Positions 52,615-64,000 of a stretch of 64,000 nucleotides of DNA are shown here, one piece after another. This DNA comes from Eledone cirrhosa (lineage: Eukaryota): positions 351,912,001 to 351,976,000 of the forward strand of contig OZ024743.1 of NCBI GenBank assembly GCA_964016885.1. The letters run 5' to 3'. The notes beneath the pieces were generated by a model. It worked only from the letters and a program-made list of their open reading frames with translations, did no database searches and was not told the DNA's origin. The translations under genes and the position numbers were made by a program. How positions within the stretch are numbered: position 1 is the first letter of the stretch; every line of letters begins with the position of its first letter.

Positions 52615-53350
52615 TATTATATATATAGTAATAATAATAAATTTGAAGACTAAAATCCAAAGAGGGCTCGATAAGGATAAATATATATCAAATATATAAG
52701 TACCGTAGAGCAAATATTTATTAAAATAACAGATTAAAGTTTAAGCAAAGAATCGCTGCTTTCACCCATAACGGGATCTGAAACTAAAAGAATCAATCTG
52801 TGAACGCAGGAGTAAATATTTCGAAAAACGTTGCAACTGAAGGAAGACAGAAAGACGAGGCAGAGGAGGTGGGGTCGAGGGGACGGGGGGGGGACGAAGG
52901 TCGAGGTAGTGCCGGAGGGCGCGTAGGCTGTCGGCGTAGGGAATGACTGTTTAGAGGGATTTAATGTCTAAGGTGAAGAGGTGGGGTGTGGGCCGGGTGG
53001 GAAGGTGTGTGTGTATATATATGCGTGTGTGTGTGACAAAGAAAACCTGTCTCACCTGTAAATATGATAATTGAATGGCTCTGAAACATAATTCACAGCA
53101 TGGTCATTGCTTGATAGTTACATATTAAATTATATTTTTTTAAATGAGAAATACTCTGACGAGGACGGCCTATTGAACAGGACGTCGACCCCTGTTATGT
53201 TATTTTAAATAATTATTATATATTTTTGATTATAAAGGTATGATGTGTATACGTGTTTGCTTGCAAAAGTATTATTAAAAATGTATTTACTAAACTTCTA
53301 TTGATGCGATGAATTGGTATGGCAGCAAGAGAGGGGGGGGGGATATGCAC

Positions 53351-53382
<32 letters not shown>

Positions 53383-53550
53383 CTAATGGGGGTGTCATCA
53401 AAATGTTTCTAAACACAACCATACACAACCATCAGATGGTTGTGGATGGTTGTGTCCAATGTGTGTCTGTGTATGTGTATGTGTCTGAAAGAAAAAATGG
53501 ACAAATTAATATGTCCCTATAGTTCTGTCAATATATACACACATATATAT

Positions 53551-54507
53551 ACTAGACATGAAAAATGCGCAAGCTCAAAAGTGCCACAGAATGTTATAAT
53601 AAACCTTCAAAAGTGTGGGACTAGAGTTGTTGCTAAAAAATATTGTAATCATTATATATCGTACATTCTGTGGCATCCTTTATAAAAATAGCTTAAACCA
53701 ACGAAGCCTTTATTTTTACGCTATTTCACTTAGTTAATTCTTAGAGTGTAACATATAAAAATATGATTTACAACTATAAAATAAATTAATTAATATAATA
53801 ACAGAGCTGCGGAGCTGAAATTTAGGAAATAATGGAGTATCGGATCCTGAGTTGGAGCCAGTCAATTTTTGGCCGACTCCGCAGCCCTGTATAATACATT
53901 TCATATTAAAGTTATTAATAAACCTATTTTACACTTCATGCAAATTACCACGAGATATTGATATTAGATATAAGATACAGCGCAATATCTACAGCTGTAA
54001 AAGTACGAAAGCGAAGTAATAATAAGTGGCTTAAGGTAATTCCAATATGAAAGTTTGTAGTGATAAAAATTTGATAATGCAATACGATTGTTAATATTAT
54101 AGTTCTATGAAAATGTAACAATAGATAACTAAATTATTTTACTATTAGTATATTTAAGAAATTATCATTATAGATTTGATCGTTCATATAAGCATCATAT
54201 TAAGTTTCAACACAATTATTTTGTTACTATGAGTATATGATAATAATATTACGTAATTATTTATAGCTGTTATTACATTAAACATAGATGTATTTATTTT
54301 TATATGTTACACTCTAAGAATTAACTAAGTGAAATAGCGTAAAAATAAAGGCTTCGTTGGTTTAAGCTATTTTTATAAAGGATGCCACAGAATGTACGAT
54401 ATATAATGATTACAATATTTTTTAGCAACAACTCTAGTCCCACACTTTTGAAGGTTTATTATAACATTCTGTGGCACTTTTGAGCTTGCGCATTTTTCAT
54501 GTCTAGT
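53551..54507. mobile_element. Foldback/MITE-like element with ~210-bp terminal inverted repeats
   Basis: 53551-~53760 is the reverse complement of ~54297-54507 with no mismatch noticed; termini ACTAG...CTAGT. Confidence 0.8.
53802..53889. mobile_element. 88-bp hAT-type MITE nested in the foldback element
   Basis: TIRs CAGAGCTGCGGAG / CTCCGCAGCCCTG; 8-bp flanks TATAATAA/TATAATAC. Confidence 0.65.
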
Positions 54508-55049
54508 TTAATATTTTTTTAAGGCAACGCTTGTAATAACTCTAGTTAAACAGGATATATATATTAATAATAAATTATCGTTGTAATGTAATTAGATTAT
54601 GTAATTGTTATTATAAATTATCTTATAAATATTAGTGTAAGATGTATAAAAATATTTTCAGACTTTTAATATAAACAACTACAAAAAACAATCAATATTA
54701 AATCAATATATTATACATAATAGAAAACATAAAATATACAATATTTACATACAATTGCAATTATCAGTGTATATACATTTTCTTTATATTCCCTGAGCAA
54801 ATTAATAAGATTTGTTTTTATTGTACATAATTTGATGACTTGTTGGAGTGTATTAAAAGATAGCAACAATTTGTGATTAAATTGTTATCTTAAGCAACTC
54901 ACTTTTTAATAGTTGTTGGCTGAGCGAAATTGTAAAAGCCTATGAGCAAATATAAAAAAAAATACACAAACAACATTTCCTTGTGTTATTACAACATTAG
55001 ATAAAATAATTGAGCAATGTCGTTATATTTTGCTCTTATTGCACATTAA

Positions 55050-55218
55050 TAGTGTTTCTATTTTTCGGCACAAATCCATTACGGCAGTCCATTACTGGTA
55101 CTTTATTTTATCGAATTAGTAAGTATGAAAGTCGAAGTTAACCTCGGCAGGATTTGAACTTAGAATGCAAAGGACCATAACAATACTGCAAAGCATGGTG
55201 TCTGACGCTCTACCAATA
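55050..55218 (-). mobile_element. Old diverged SINE copy
   Basis: CATTACTGGTACTTTATTTTATCGA...ACCTCGGCAGGATTTGAACT...CTCTACCAATACT. Confidence 0.75.
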
Positions 55219-55613
55219 CTTGTGTTGAGCTGGTCATTAATTTATGGTGGTCGTGCGTGGAGTAGAGCAATCGCTAGTTGAAATATTATGAACAAAACAT
55301 TTTTATTTGCCGAAGAACATATTTTCAATACTGTTTGTGAATGTGACGAAGGAAATACATTCTGATATGGAACAGTGTACAAAGTGTGTCTGTGAATAAC
55401 ATAATGTTACCTCATGTTGTTGTCAAGACATAATGGATTTCGTATATCCAGTTAGAAGATGAAACCTAGCCATCTCGGATTAGTTATATTTCATGCCATG
55501 TGTAAACGTGTTTGAGGATAGCAAAATATGCGCGTTAATTATAATAATTAGTTAATAATATTACAAAATATACCTAATTAAACTCTTTGCTTGAAATTTT
55601 ATCATTCTTCGTT

Positions 55614-55652
<39 letters not shown>

Positions 55653-57129
55653 GGAGAGAGAGAGATTTATCTAGTCCTTCGCTCAAGATTAATCTATAAG
55701 TTTAGATGTTTGCCTTCGTTTAAGTAAATATTACAGTAAGATTTTTAATATAAACAACTACAAAAAACAATTAATATTAAAACGAAAAAATTATCAATGA
55801 TAAAAGAAGCGGATGCAACTTTTTTTTTTATAAAGTTATATTCCTGTTTCTTTAAAGAACATTTCATTTTTGTTCTATTGTAGGCGAAATAATGCAATGG
55901 TTTAATAGGGAAGATATAACTTACGAATTATGTCTCTAACCGTGTAACGCTTTTTAAGTAGATAACTACAATTGAAAATACTAAAGAAATGGAACCAACA
56001 ATTCAATTTGAAAGTCGTCTAGTGACAGTGTATTACTGGTACTTTATTTTATCGACCCCGTAACGATGAAAGGCAAAAATGCAAATGCTTAAAATTTAAA
56101 TTGCCTTAATTCTATCGTCTGCTGTTTCATTAAAGGGAGATTCTCGTCTGTATTTAATTCTATCGTCTACTGTTCCACTAAACAGATATACCTCCACTAT
56201 CGTCTCTATTTATACATTTTAACTTATAACTTATACACATTTGATTTGAAATATTTTATCTAGTCCCCCCTCTCAATATTATGATGATTTCTTTCGAATG
56301 AAACAGTTCTAGTCCTGTAGAAGCCATTTATATATATAATTGAACTGAGTTAAAAATTCACAATATTTATAATTAAATAAGCTCATATATATATGTGTGT
56401 ATTTATCTGTTTATTGTATTATATATAATGTGTGTATATACAGGATGTCCCCCAAAAATATATACACACTTCAACAGCATTCTAATAACTATTGCCTGTA
56501 CAGGTAATCAAAGTGTCAATCGAATGTTAGTTTCGTGTTTTAACAGTACAAATTTACAATACACACATAAAACCAGTGTATATACATACATGAGTGTGTA
56601 TATACATACATGAATGTGTATATACAATATATATGTATATATATATAGACACATATATTCACGGTGCAACGGTACATTAAAATATAGATGCGGGAGAGGG
56701 GGGTGTGTATATATAGGGGCGCTGGGGATAAAGGAGTGTAAAGCGTGTGTAATTGATATATTGAAGGAGAGGAGCGTGCAGCGATAGAGTAACAAATATA
56801 TAGAGAGGGGGAGAGATGGTATTGAAGGGGAGGAGTGCAAAGCGAAAGAGTAAGAGATATATATAGAGACGGAACAGATAGAGAGAAACAGGCGTAAGTA
56901 ACAGTGGAAGAGATATAGAGAGAGGTACTCTGATTGGTTGAAAATTAGCCAATGACATACGATCACCACCACCACGGCTATCCCCGAAAAATTTTTAAAG
57001 AAGCTAGGCATATATGTTAGAACACGAAAAGTGAACATTCTGTTGTTTCACACTTTTCGTGTTCTAACAGATATACATTGTTATATTTGGAGTGTCATAT
57101 TGTTATATAATATTGCCAGAAATAATAAT

Positions 57130-57315
57130 TGTTTCTACTTTAGGCACAAGGCCAGCAATTAACCAGTGCATCACTGGTACTTTATTTTATCGACCCCGTA
57201 AGGATGAAAGGCAAAGTCAACCTCGGCGGGATTTGAACTCAGATCGTAAAGGGACGTAACTATGCTGGAAAGCATGGCGTCCGACCCTCTACCGATACTG
57301 CCAATCCACCGCCCT
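57130..57315 (-). mobile_element. Full-length tRNA-derived SINE
   Basis: Near-identical to 47845-48029; 17-bp TSD TTGCCAGAAATAATAAT at 57113-57129 and 57316-57332. Confidence 0.92.
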
Positions 57316-57519
57316 TTGCCAGAAATAATAATAAAACACACTCACTGTTTGATTTGGATTGGTTTTCGCTTCTGTTAATTTAGCTTGAAATCAACGTTTA
57401 TCGTTGATTGAGTGAGGTTAAAAAAATATATATAGTCTATTAAGGTTATTCCAGTACACGTCTGTGAATCATGTGGGGTGATTTTATATTTCCTCTCGTT
57501 GTAATGTCTATTCTATTTT

Positions 57520-57550
<31 letters not shown>

Positions 57551-57894
57551 TTCATGCATCTGTGCATGTGTGTGTGTGTTTTCATTCTGTCTTTCGTGGT
57601 TGTTGTATTGTACCTGTGTATATTTATTTATATTCATTTGAATCACTATTTCTTTATCTGGATACTATTATAAATGCTATAGACAACATAGAAATGAATA
57701 TGGCGTCTGAATGCCTCTGAAATATAATAGACCACAAATATGATTCACCGTCATAGCTTAAAAGTGATTTACATTAATATTATATTAAAAAAAAATTCTT
57801 ATACATATGTAGCTGATACAAATTTGCTTAGCATTTTTTCTTTCATTTTGCCTGTTTGTAAATGATTTTATGTGCTTTTTTTCTGCATTTTCTT

Positions 57895-59720
57895 CAACCA
57901 CACCCCTAGCCAAAAACGAGTCTATTTCTTTAGAACCTGCTCACCTCGAAGCTTATTCCAGAGTGAAACAGGAATTAGCTGATGTCACCCTGCTTGCACA
58001 TCCTGTGCCTGATGCCCAGTTTTCACTGGTCGTTGACGCATCAAGCACAGCAGTAGGTGCAGTTTTGCAACAGTATCACAATTAGAGTATGCAACCACTT
58101 GCATATTTCTCAACACAACTTAAACCCGCTGAAACCTGATACAGTACTTTCGGCAGAGAACTGTTAGCGATGTACTTGGCAATCAAACACTTCCAGCATT
58201 CGTTGGAAGGACGCCAGTTTACGATTTTCACCGACCATCGTCCTTTGACATTTGCTCTCAAAGCGAAACTCGAAAGATACTCGCCACGTGAAACTCGACA
58301 TTTAGATTATGTATCACAATTCACTAGTGATATACGTCATATTCCTGAATCACAGAATTTAGCGGCATATGCATTATCTCGTTTACTTATCAACTCACTA
58401 TCGACAAAAACCGATATTGATCTACGTTTGCTCGCTGCTAACCAGCCTGCTTTGGACGATTTGGATTTAGCTGCAACCGAAATTGCGACGTGCAAATTCA
58501 AACAATTACCTTTACACAATTCTGACACAAGCATCCTGTATGACATATCGACTGATTCATCTCGACCCTTCGTTCCGGAACTTCATCGGCGAACAGTTTT
58601 CGACACGTTACACAACCTCTCATACCCTGGAATCCTTTCATCAGTGAAACTCATTACGGCTAGATTCTTTTGGCCAAATATGAGACGAGATATCACTGCA
58701 TGGTCTCGTTCCTGCATACTTTGCCAGAAGTCTAAGGTGCACAAACACATTCGAGCACCTCTGGGCACATTCAACGCTCCATATGCCCGCTTTGACCATA
58801 TTCATATCGACCTAGTTGGACTTTGGCCGGTCAGCCATGGATATACACATACCTTCTTACGTGTATCGACCGTTTTACACGTTGGCCTGAATCCATTCCT
58901 CTCGAAGAGATTTCAGCAGAATCGGTAGCACGAGCTCTGATGTCTGGCTGGATTTCGCGATACGGTGTCCCTTCCACGATCACCACTGACCGTGGCGGAC
59001 AATTTGAATGACATCTCTTCCATGAACTTTCTAAAATTTTAGGGATACATCGTATTAGAACTATAGTTACCATCCGGCGTCAAATGGCATGATAGAACGC
59101 TTTCATCGACAATTAAAAGCAGCATTGCGTGCTTATCCCGACCAGCAAAAATGGAGTGAATATCTACCAATTGTTCTTCTTGGCTGTTGCGCGGCGGTCA
59201 GGGGGGATCTCGGATAGTCCCCAGCGGAATTGCTGTACGGAACACCTTCATCCTTGCCGGGACAGATGTTAGTCACAGTCGACGCATCACGGGAAGATCC
59301 TACGTTATATATTAACCGATTGCGATCATATTTCAATGATCTTAAGCCTATGGGAACACGTCAACAGACAATTAAAGCTTCGGTTCCTAAAAACACTACT
59401 TCTTGGACTCACGTTTTTCTACGTAAAGACTCAGTGAAAGGACCACTGGTACCACCCTATACAGGACCCTACCATAGACGTTTGTGGTAGGAAATACACA
59501 GTTTCAGTAGATAGGATTAAACAGGCCTTTACAAACGCTCCACCAGTTGAATCCCATACACCCCCACATACAATACATTGCATGTTGAACCTTCACGAGC
59601 ATACTCAGCCACAACATCACACACACCTTCCTTACCTTCACCAACATATGTTACGACGACTCGTAGTGGTCGTAGAGTGCATTGGCCTCAGAGATTGAGT
59701 AAAGCAATCTATATATGAAC
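57895..59720 (+). pseudogene. Ty3/Gypsy pol remnant (RNase H + integrase)
   Basis: LVVDASSTAVGAVLQQ, RELLAMYLAIKHF, FTDHRPL, zinc-finger region ending [39 protein letters not shown]; several stops and frameshifts. Confidence 0.92.
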
Positions 59721-59975
59721 TTTGATATTGTTCAAACTTTTGACTCTTCTGAAAACAATTACTTTTGCTTGTTCAATTATGTTATGTTTCATTTTTCTCG
59801 GTTGTATTCATGCATGTATCTTTTCTCTGTGTACCCGATGATTTTTTATTGTTTGATGTCATGTAGACATATTGCATATTTAGCACTACTCATGTAATAC
59901 GTGAAGAGTTGCAACCCACATAGTTTTGCCTTGGCTTATATATTGATATCGACCTTCGATCTAAACGGAAGGTAA

Positions 59976-61079
59976 TGTAGTGAACAGATAAATAGGTAAA
60001 TTTACACGCGTTGATTCCTGTTGCACTAACTCACCTCACCTAACTATTAGCCAGCCAACGATCTGATACAGCTATCTATCGGATGAGTAATGCATTGTGC
60101 CAAACCCGAAAGCAAGAGTAGAGCAGATAGTTTCAGACCAGAAACACGTAATAATTTGCTGTCCTCAACATGCGACACGTGGCGCGAAATATGCCTAACC
60201 CGAGAGTGCTATGTTTAATCTACCAACTGGATATTAGACATCCATAATGTCTTGACAACCAGCAGAGGTAACATTGTACTATCCGCAAACACCCTTGTAC
60301 TCTTAACAAGTTCAAATGTATTCTGCTTGTTCACATTCACAAACACGATTGAAAAATATGTTCTTCGATAAATAAATATTCTGTGTTCATACTGTTGCGA
60401 CTAGATCTCGTTCTGCCAATCCAATTGACATTAAACGCAGCCTACCGCCTTCTGATACTATTTCTAAATTGGAGTAAATAAAATAGTAAAATGGCCAAAC
60501 CATTAATTTTCTATAGTGGTCATAAAACACTCTACAACTATGATAAATGTTATATATCATTTGACCTGTGACAGATGATAGGCAAATGGCCTAGCTATTG
60601 TCTCAAAAGCCATATACACGTTCTTCTAGCTATAGTATTCTTATAAATACAAGCGCTACGAGAACCAAATTAGAGATAATGGCTAACACAGACGACAGAA
60701 GAACTGTTCTACTAACACTATGGATTCTCTTCACGAATACAGTCTTCTATTTACTATTCTCTCACATTTCTTAGTCGCTCGACAGACAGGGAATTAGAGA
60801 GATGGACTGACCGCTACTAAAGAAACCACGTTTGCTACGGATTAACACACACACACACAGTAGGTTTCCTTCTATTGTCCCTTATACACTTTATCTAACC
60901 TTTTGACTTCCTGTCATTCTCACGTTTTTATTACTCAATATTCGATGTACCAACAAGTGACTTTTATTATTACAAAATAAACGTTGTCAACGACATCACA
61001 ATTCTTCATCATTCTTTTTATCATTCATCCTACGAAGAATACATTTTAACAGTTACATGGACGTGACCCTATCGCTACA
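59976..61079 (+). mobile_element. Putative 3' LTR of the Gypsy element
   Basis: Purine tract AAACGGAAGGTAA, then TGTAGTGA...TCGCTACA (7/8 inverted ends, TG..CA); AATAAA near 60976. Confidence 0.65.
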
Positions 61080-61181
61080 CATATAAAACAGATTTTCTTT
61101 AGGATAACATTATAAATACTATCAGAAGAATCACCCCGGGCGGTTTTCTGTTAGCATATGTAGTGTGCATATTATATCATA

Positions 61182-61456
61182 CTAGATGAGGTACCCGGCT
61201 TCGCCCGGCTGAACAGTTAATAAGAGAAGACAAGTAGAAGAGAAAACGACTGTATTGGATGCGTTGTCTGGTTTACAGTATGAGGCGAAACCGTGATGTG
61301 TCTGTGTGACAAAAAAAAAAGTAAAAAAACTTCCAAATACGCCAGATTCTTTGTTTTGCCGTTCGTGCAAAGTATATGAAGATTTCTAGATGTTCCCACT
61401 CGTGAACAACCAATATATAACTGTCCATGGATAAAAACTGATTCTCTCAGATTCAA
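61182..61456 (-). mobile_element. Helitron 3' end with PIF1-like helicase C-terminus
   Basis: LRESVFIHGQLYIGCSRVG (helicase motif VI) then GKTKNLAYLEVF; hairpin CCGGGC-GAA-GCCGGG and terminal CTAG|T. Confidence 0.82.
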
Positions 61457-61499
61457 TAATAATAACTTATCCAGTTATTGACGCCCTGAGGATAAATAT

Positions 61500-62330
61500 C
61501 TTGTCTTTAAAGCGTAGAAATATCCGAGACCCCCAGTAGACAACTAATGAGGAAAACGACGAAGTCGGACATAGGGAGAATCAGTAAACAGATCCTAGAC
61601 CAGGTTATACCAAAAGTTAAGTAGAACGCGAGACTTAGCCTTTGGGTCAGCACCCAGGAAGTCATCTCATGGCTCAGGAATATTGAGGACAAACAGGACA
61701 CAAAATTCATCCAGTTCGACATAGTGAGCTATTACGCTTCTATTACCTTACCGCTACTTACGCCCGCTTTGGACTTTGCCAAAACACTTACACCCATCAC
61801 CGACCAAGAAAGAAACATCATTCTCCACGCCAGGAAGACAGTCCTTCTTTTCGACAACTCCAAATGGATAAAGAGAGCTCCCGACTCCCCCTTCGACGTC
61901 AGTATGGGCGTGACCGACTCGGCCAACGTGACCGATCTTATAGAATTATTCCTACTACATAAACTCACCGAAATGTTTCCTGCATTCGGCGGTGGATTGT
62001 ACCGAGACGATGGGCTCCTTACCCTCAAAGGGTACAACCCCAGTAGTACAAACCGGGTCAGTAAACAACTAATCAATTTCTTCCAGGACTGGGGATTTAA
62101 AATCACCCTACAACTTTATTGTCCGGGGCTAACTCCTACACGGGAGGACGCCGTCCGTGTAACTTATGCTCGGAGGAAACATTACAAATGCTGTTTACGA
62201 AGGACCAACCCCTAAACAAAAAAGACGAACTTGTAACAGCATGTAAACATCGATTGCGTAGGACTTACTTCGCCCTCAAAACCCCTAATGACCCGGGGTG
62301 GCTGCAACATCCTCCTTTTCCCCACTTGCC
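61500..62330 (+). pseudogene. Naiad-type PLE remnant with internal deletion
   Basis: KSDIGRISKQIL, FIQFDIVSYYASI, FDVSMGVTDSANVTDLI, GLYRDDGL, then a jump at ~62118 to the endonuclease tail CNLCSEE..LNKKDELVTACKHR. Confidence 0.85.
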
Positions 62331-62607
62331 GAACAAGATAGGGGAAACCCCAGCTAACATAGGTAGATGTACATCTTTTCTTTACACACAGTATCGTGTA
62401 TAAAGATAGAAGGCAAGGGCGGAAAGGTCAATGTACTGCCACTAGAAATAGCAGCAGTTAAAACGACCAAAATGTTATCTCGACCAGAGGAAATTAGTAA
62501 TAATAAAGTATGTTTTCCTACATGCAAAAAATGCATATAGGGACACATGTATTATCCAACCGTATGCCAATGTGGTTCTATGGCAGGTTATTAAATTAAC
62601 GAGCCAG

Positions 62608-62798
<191 letters not shown>

Positions 62799-63069
62799 CG
62801 CGATCAGTCGCATATTTTGGCGTGGGAGACTATTTATTAAATTTAAGATGAATACTATCTCCGACAATAATGCCACAACTACAGCCCGGTTGAATAACTG
62901 GTTATTCTTCTAACTATCCCTTCTGAAGACAACTTTTATTCGAATTCGTAAAGAAATCCGACTAAATACATAATTCATTTTACAAGGATTTTCTACAAAC
63001 AGCATGGCTGAACACATCAAGATGCTACTAGACTCCCTAGCAGCCAGGTCGAACAGCGCCTTGAAACAA

Positions 63070-64000
63070 CTATGCTTGTAAGAAACTTGACACCACCTGT
63101 ACCATCTAAGTCTACTTCGAATTCTGGGGAAAACACTATCGATAATAATAATAATCGAAGAAATAATAATAATAATCGAATAAATGTGACACCACGTATA
63201 CCATCCGAGTCTACCTCGACTGTTGTGGAAAATACTATCGATAATGATAATCAAAAGTATAAACAATTGAAAATTTCCCTCAACGAAATCTTCCAGAGAG
63301 AAATTAACTCATGTATAAATATCTCTCTTGCTGAACGTGTTAAAATGACAATGGTGAATAAAAACCAAATAATGAAATACTACGTGTTATTGACGAAATA
63401 GGGGATGAATATTTACGACGGATAAAAGCCCCAACATTTTGGCAAATCAACGCCTGTTTATATGCCTTAGCAATGACAGTGAAGCATTATCTTGGTGATA
63501 GCAGAGATATTAACAAGAACAAAACACCACCAAAAATACCATCATATATAACTAAAATAAAAAAAGAGTGCTGACCTACGAAAAAACATAGGACATGTAT
63601 GTGACAATGCTCCTTACATGCAAACAAACACAAAAAACCTCACTCCTCACCAACAAAGAGTGAAAAATAAAATAGAGACGATGTTTGGTAACAGTAGAAC
63701 CAGAACTCTCCAATATAGGCTGATCACCCTCAAAGAAGAATTGAGAGCTGTTAGCGAAAAACGCTGATACCTGAAGAAGGTAGATGAGAGGAAAATGCTT
63801 AATAAAAGATTCAGACGAAACCAAACATCAGTCTATAGAGATATGAAAGGCAAAATAATAAGTGTCGCTGAGAAAGAAAGACATAGATTCCAAGAAAGAC
63901 ATAGATTCCTTTTGGAGAAAAATATGGGGTGAAAAGAAGAATTTCAACCAAGATGCAGTGTGGCTAAGAGAAATCCGAAAGAACTATTGCTCCTACACTA
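63070..64000 (+). pseudogene. R4/Dong-like non-LTR retrotransposon, pre-RT region, degraded
   Basis: FWQINACLYALA; LNKRFRRNQTSVYRDM; IDSFWRKIWGEKKNFNQDAVWL resembles the FW..IW...N..A.W block upstream of R4-clade RTs; no RT motif inside the window. Confidence 0.55.

Noticed and set aside
53156-53200. CTGACGA-G-GACG.CCT...AGG.CGTC hammerhead-like motif
   Set aside because: GAAA is replaced by GACC and there is no convincing stem I; at best a decayed remnant.
56439-56590. Tc1/mariner-like TIR start TACAGGATGTCCC
   Set aside because: No complete matching right TIR found.
57015-57069. 19-bp inverted repeat hairpin
   Set aside because: Real, but too short and context-free to assign; no clear TSD.

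Overview
AT-rich, microsatellite-rich animal genomic DNA with no recognisable host gene; the tRNA-derived SINE family resembles octopus/cephalopod SINEs (from memory, not searched). Bases 1-30.6 kb are a tandem satellite of about 73 monomers of ~420 bp, including a near-identical 32-monomer (13,463 bp) higher-order duplication. Every monomer carries a type I hammerhead ribozyme motif (CUGAnGA...GAAA, palindromic ACUAGU stem III, long bulged stem I) in a highly foldable unit, so it looks like a retrozyme amplified into satellite DNA. A further ~2.25 monomers lie inverted at 31.2-32.1 kb and are fused in sense to the 3' UTR of a Naiad-type Penelope-like element (RT + GIY-YIG, 561 aa open), which has its own hammerhead-bearing inverted pseudo-LTR. 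The rest is transposon debris: three more Penelope-like remnants, a second hammerhead-bearing ~631-bp partial-tandem element, an RTE LINE, a hAT, Helitrons, a foldback element, a Gypsy remnant with 3' LTR, an R4-like LINE fragment and SINEs. Several hammerhead-bearing units end at (TA)n tracts. All RNA structures were read by eye; none was computed or tested.
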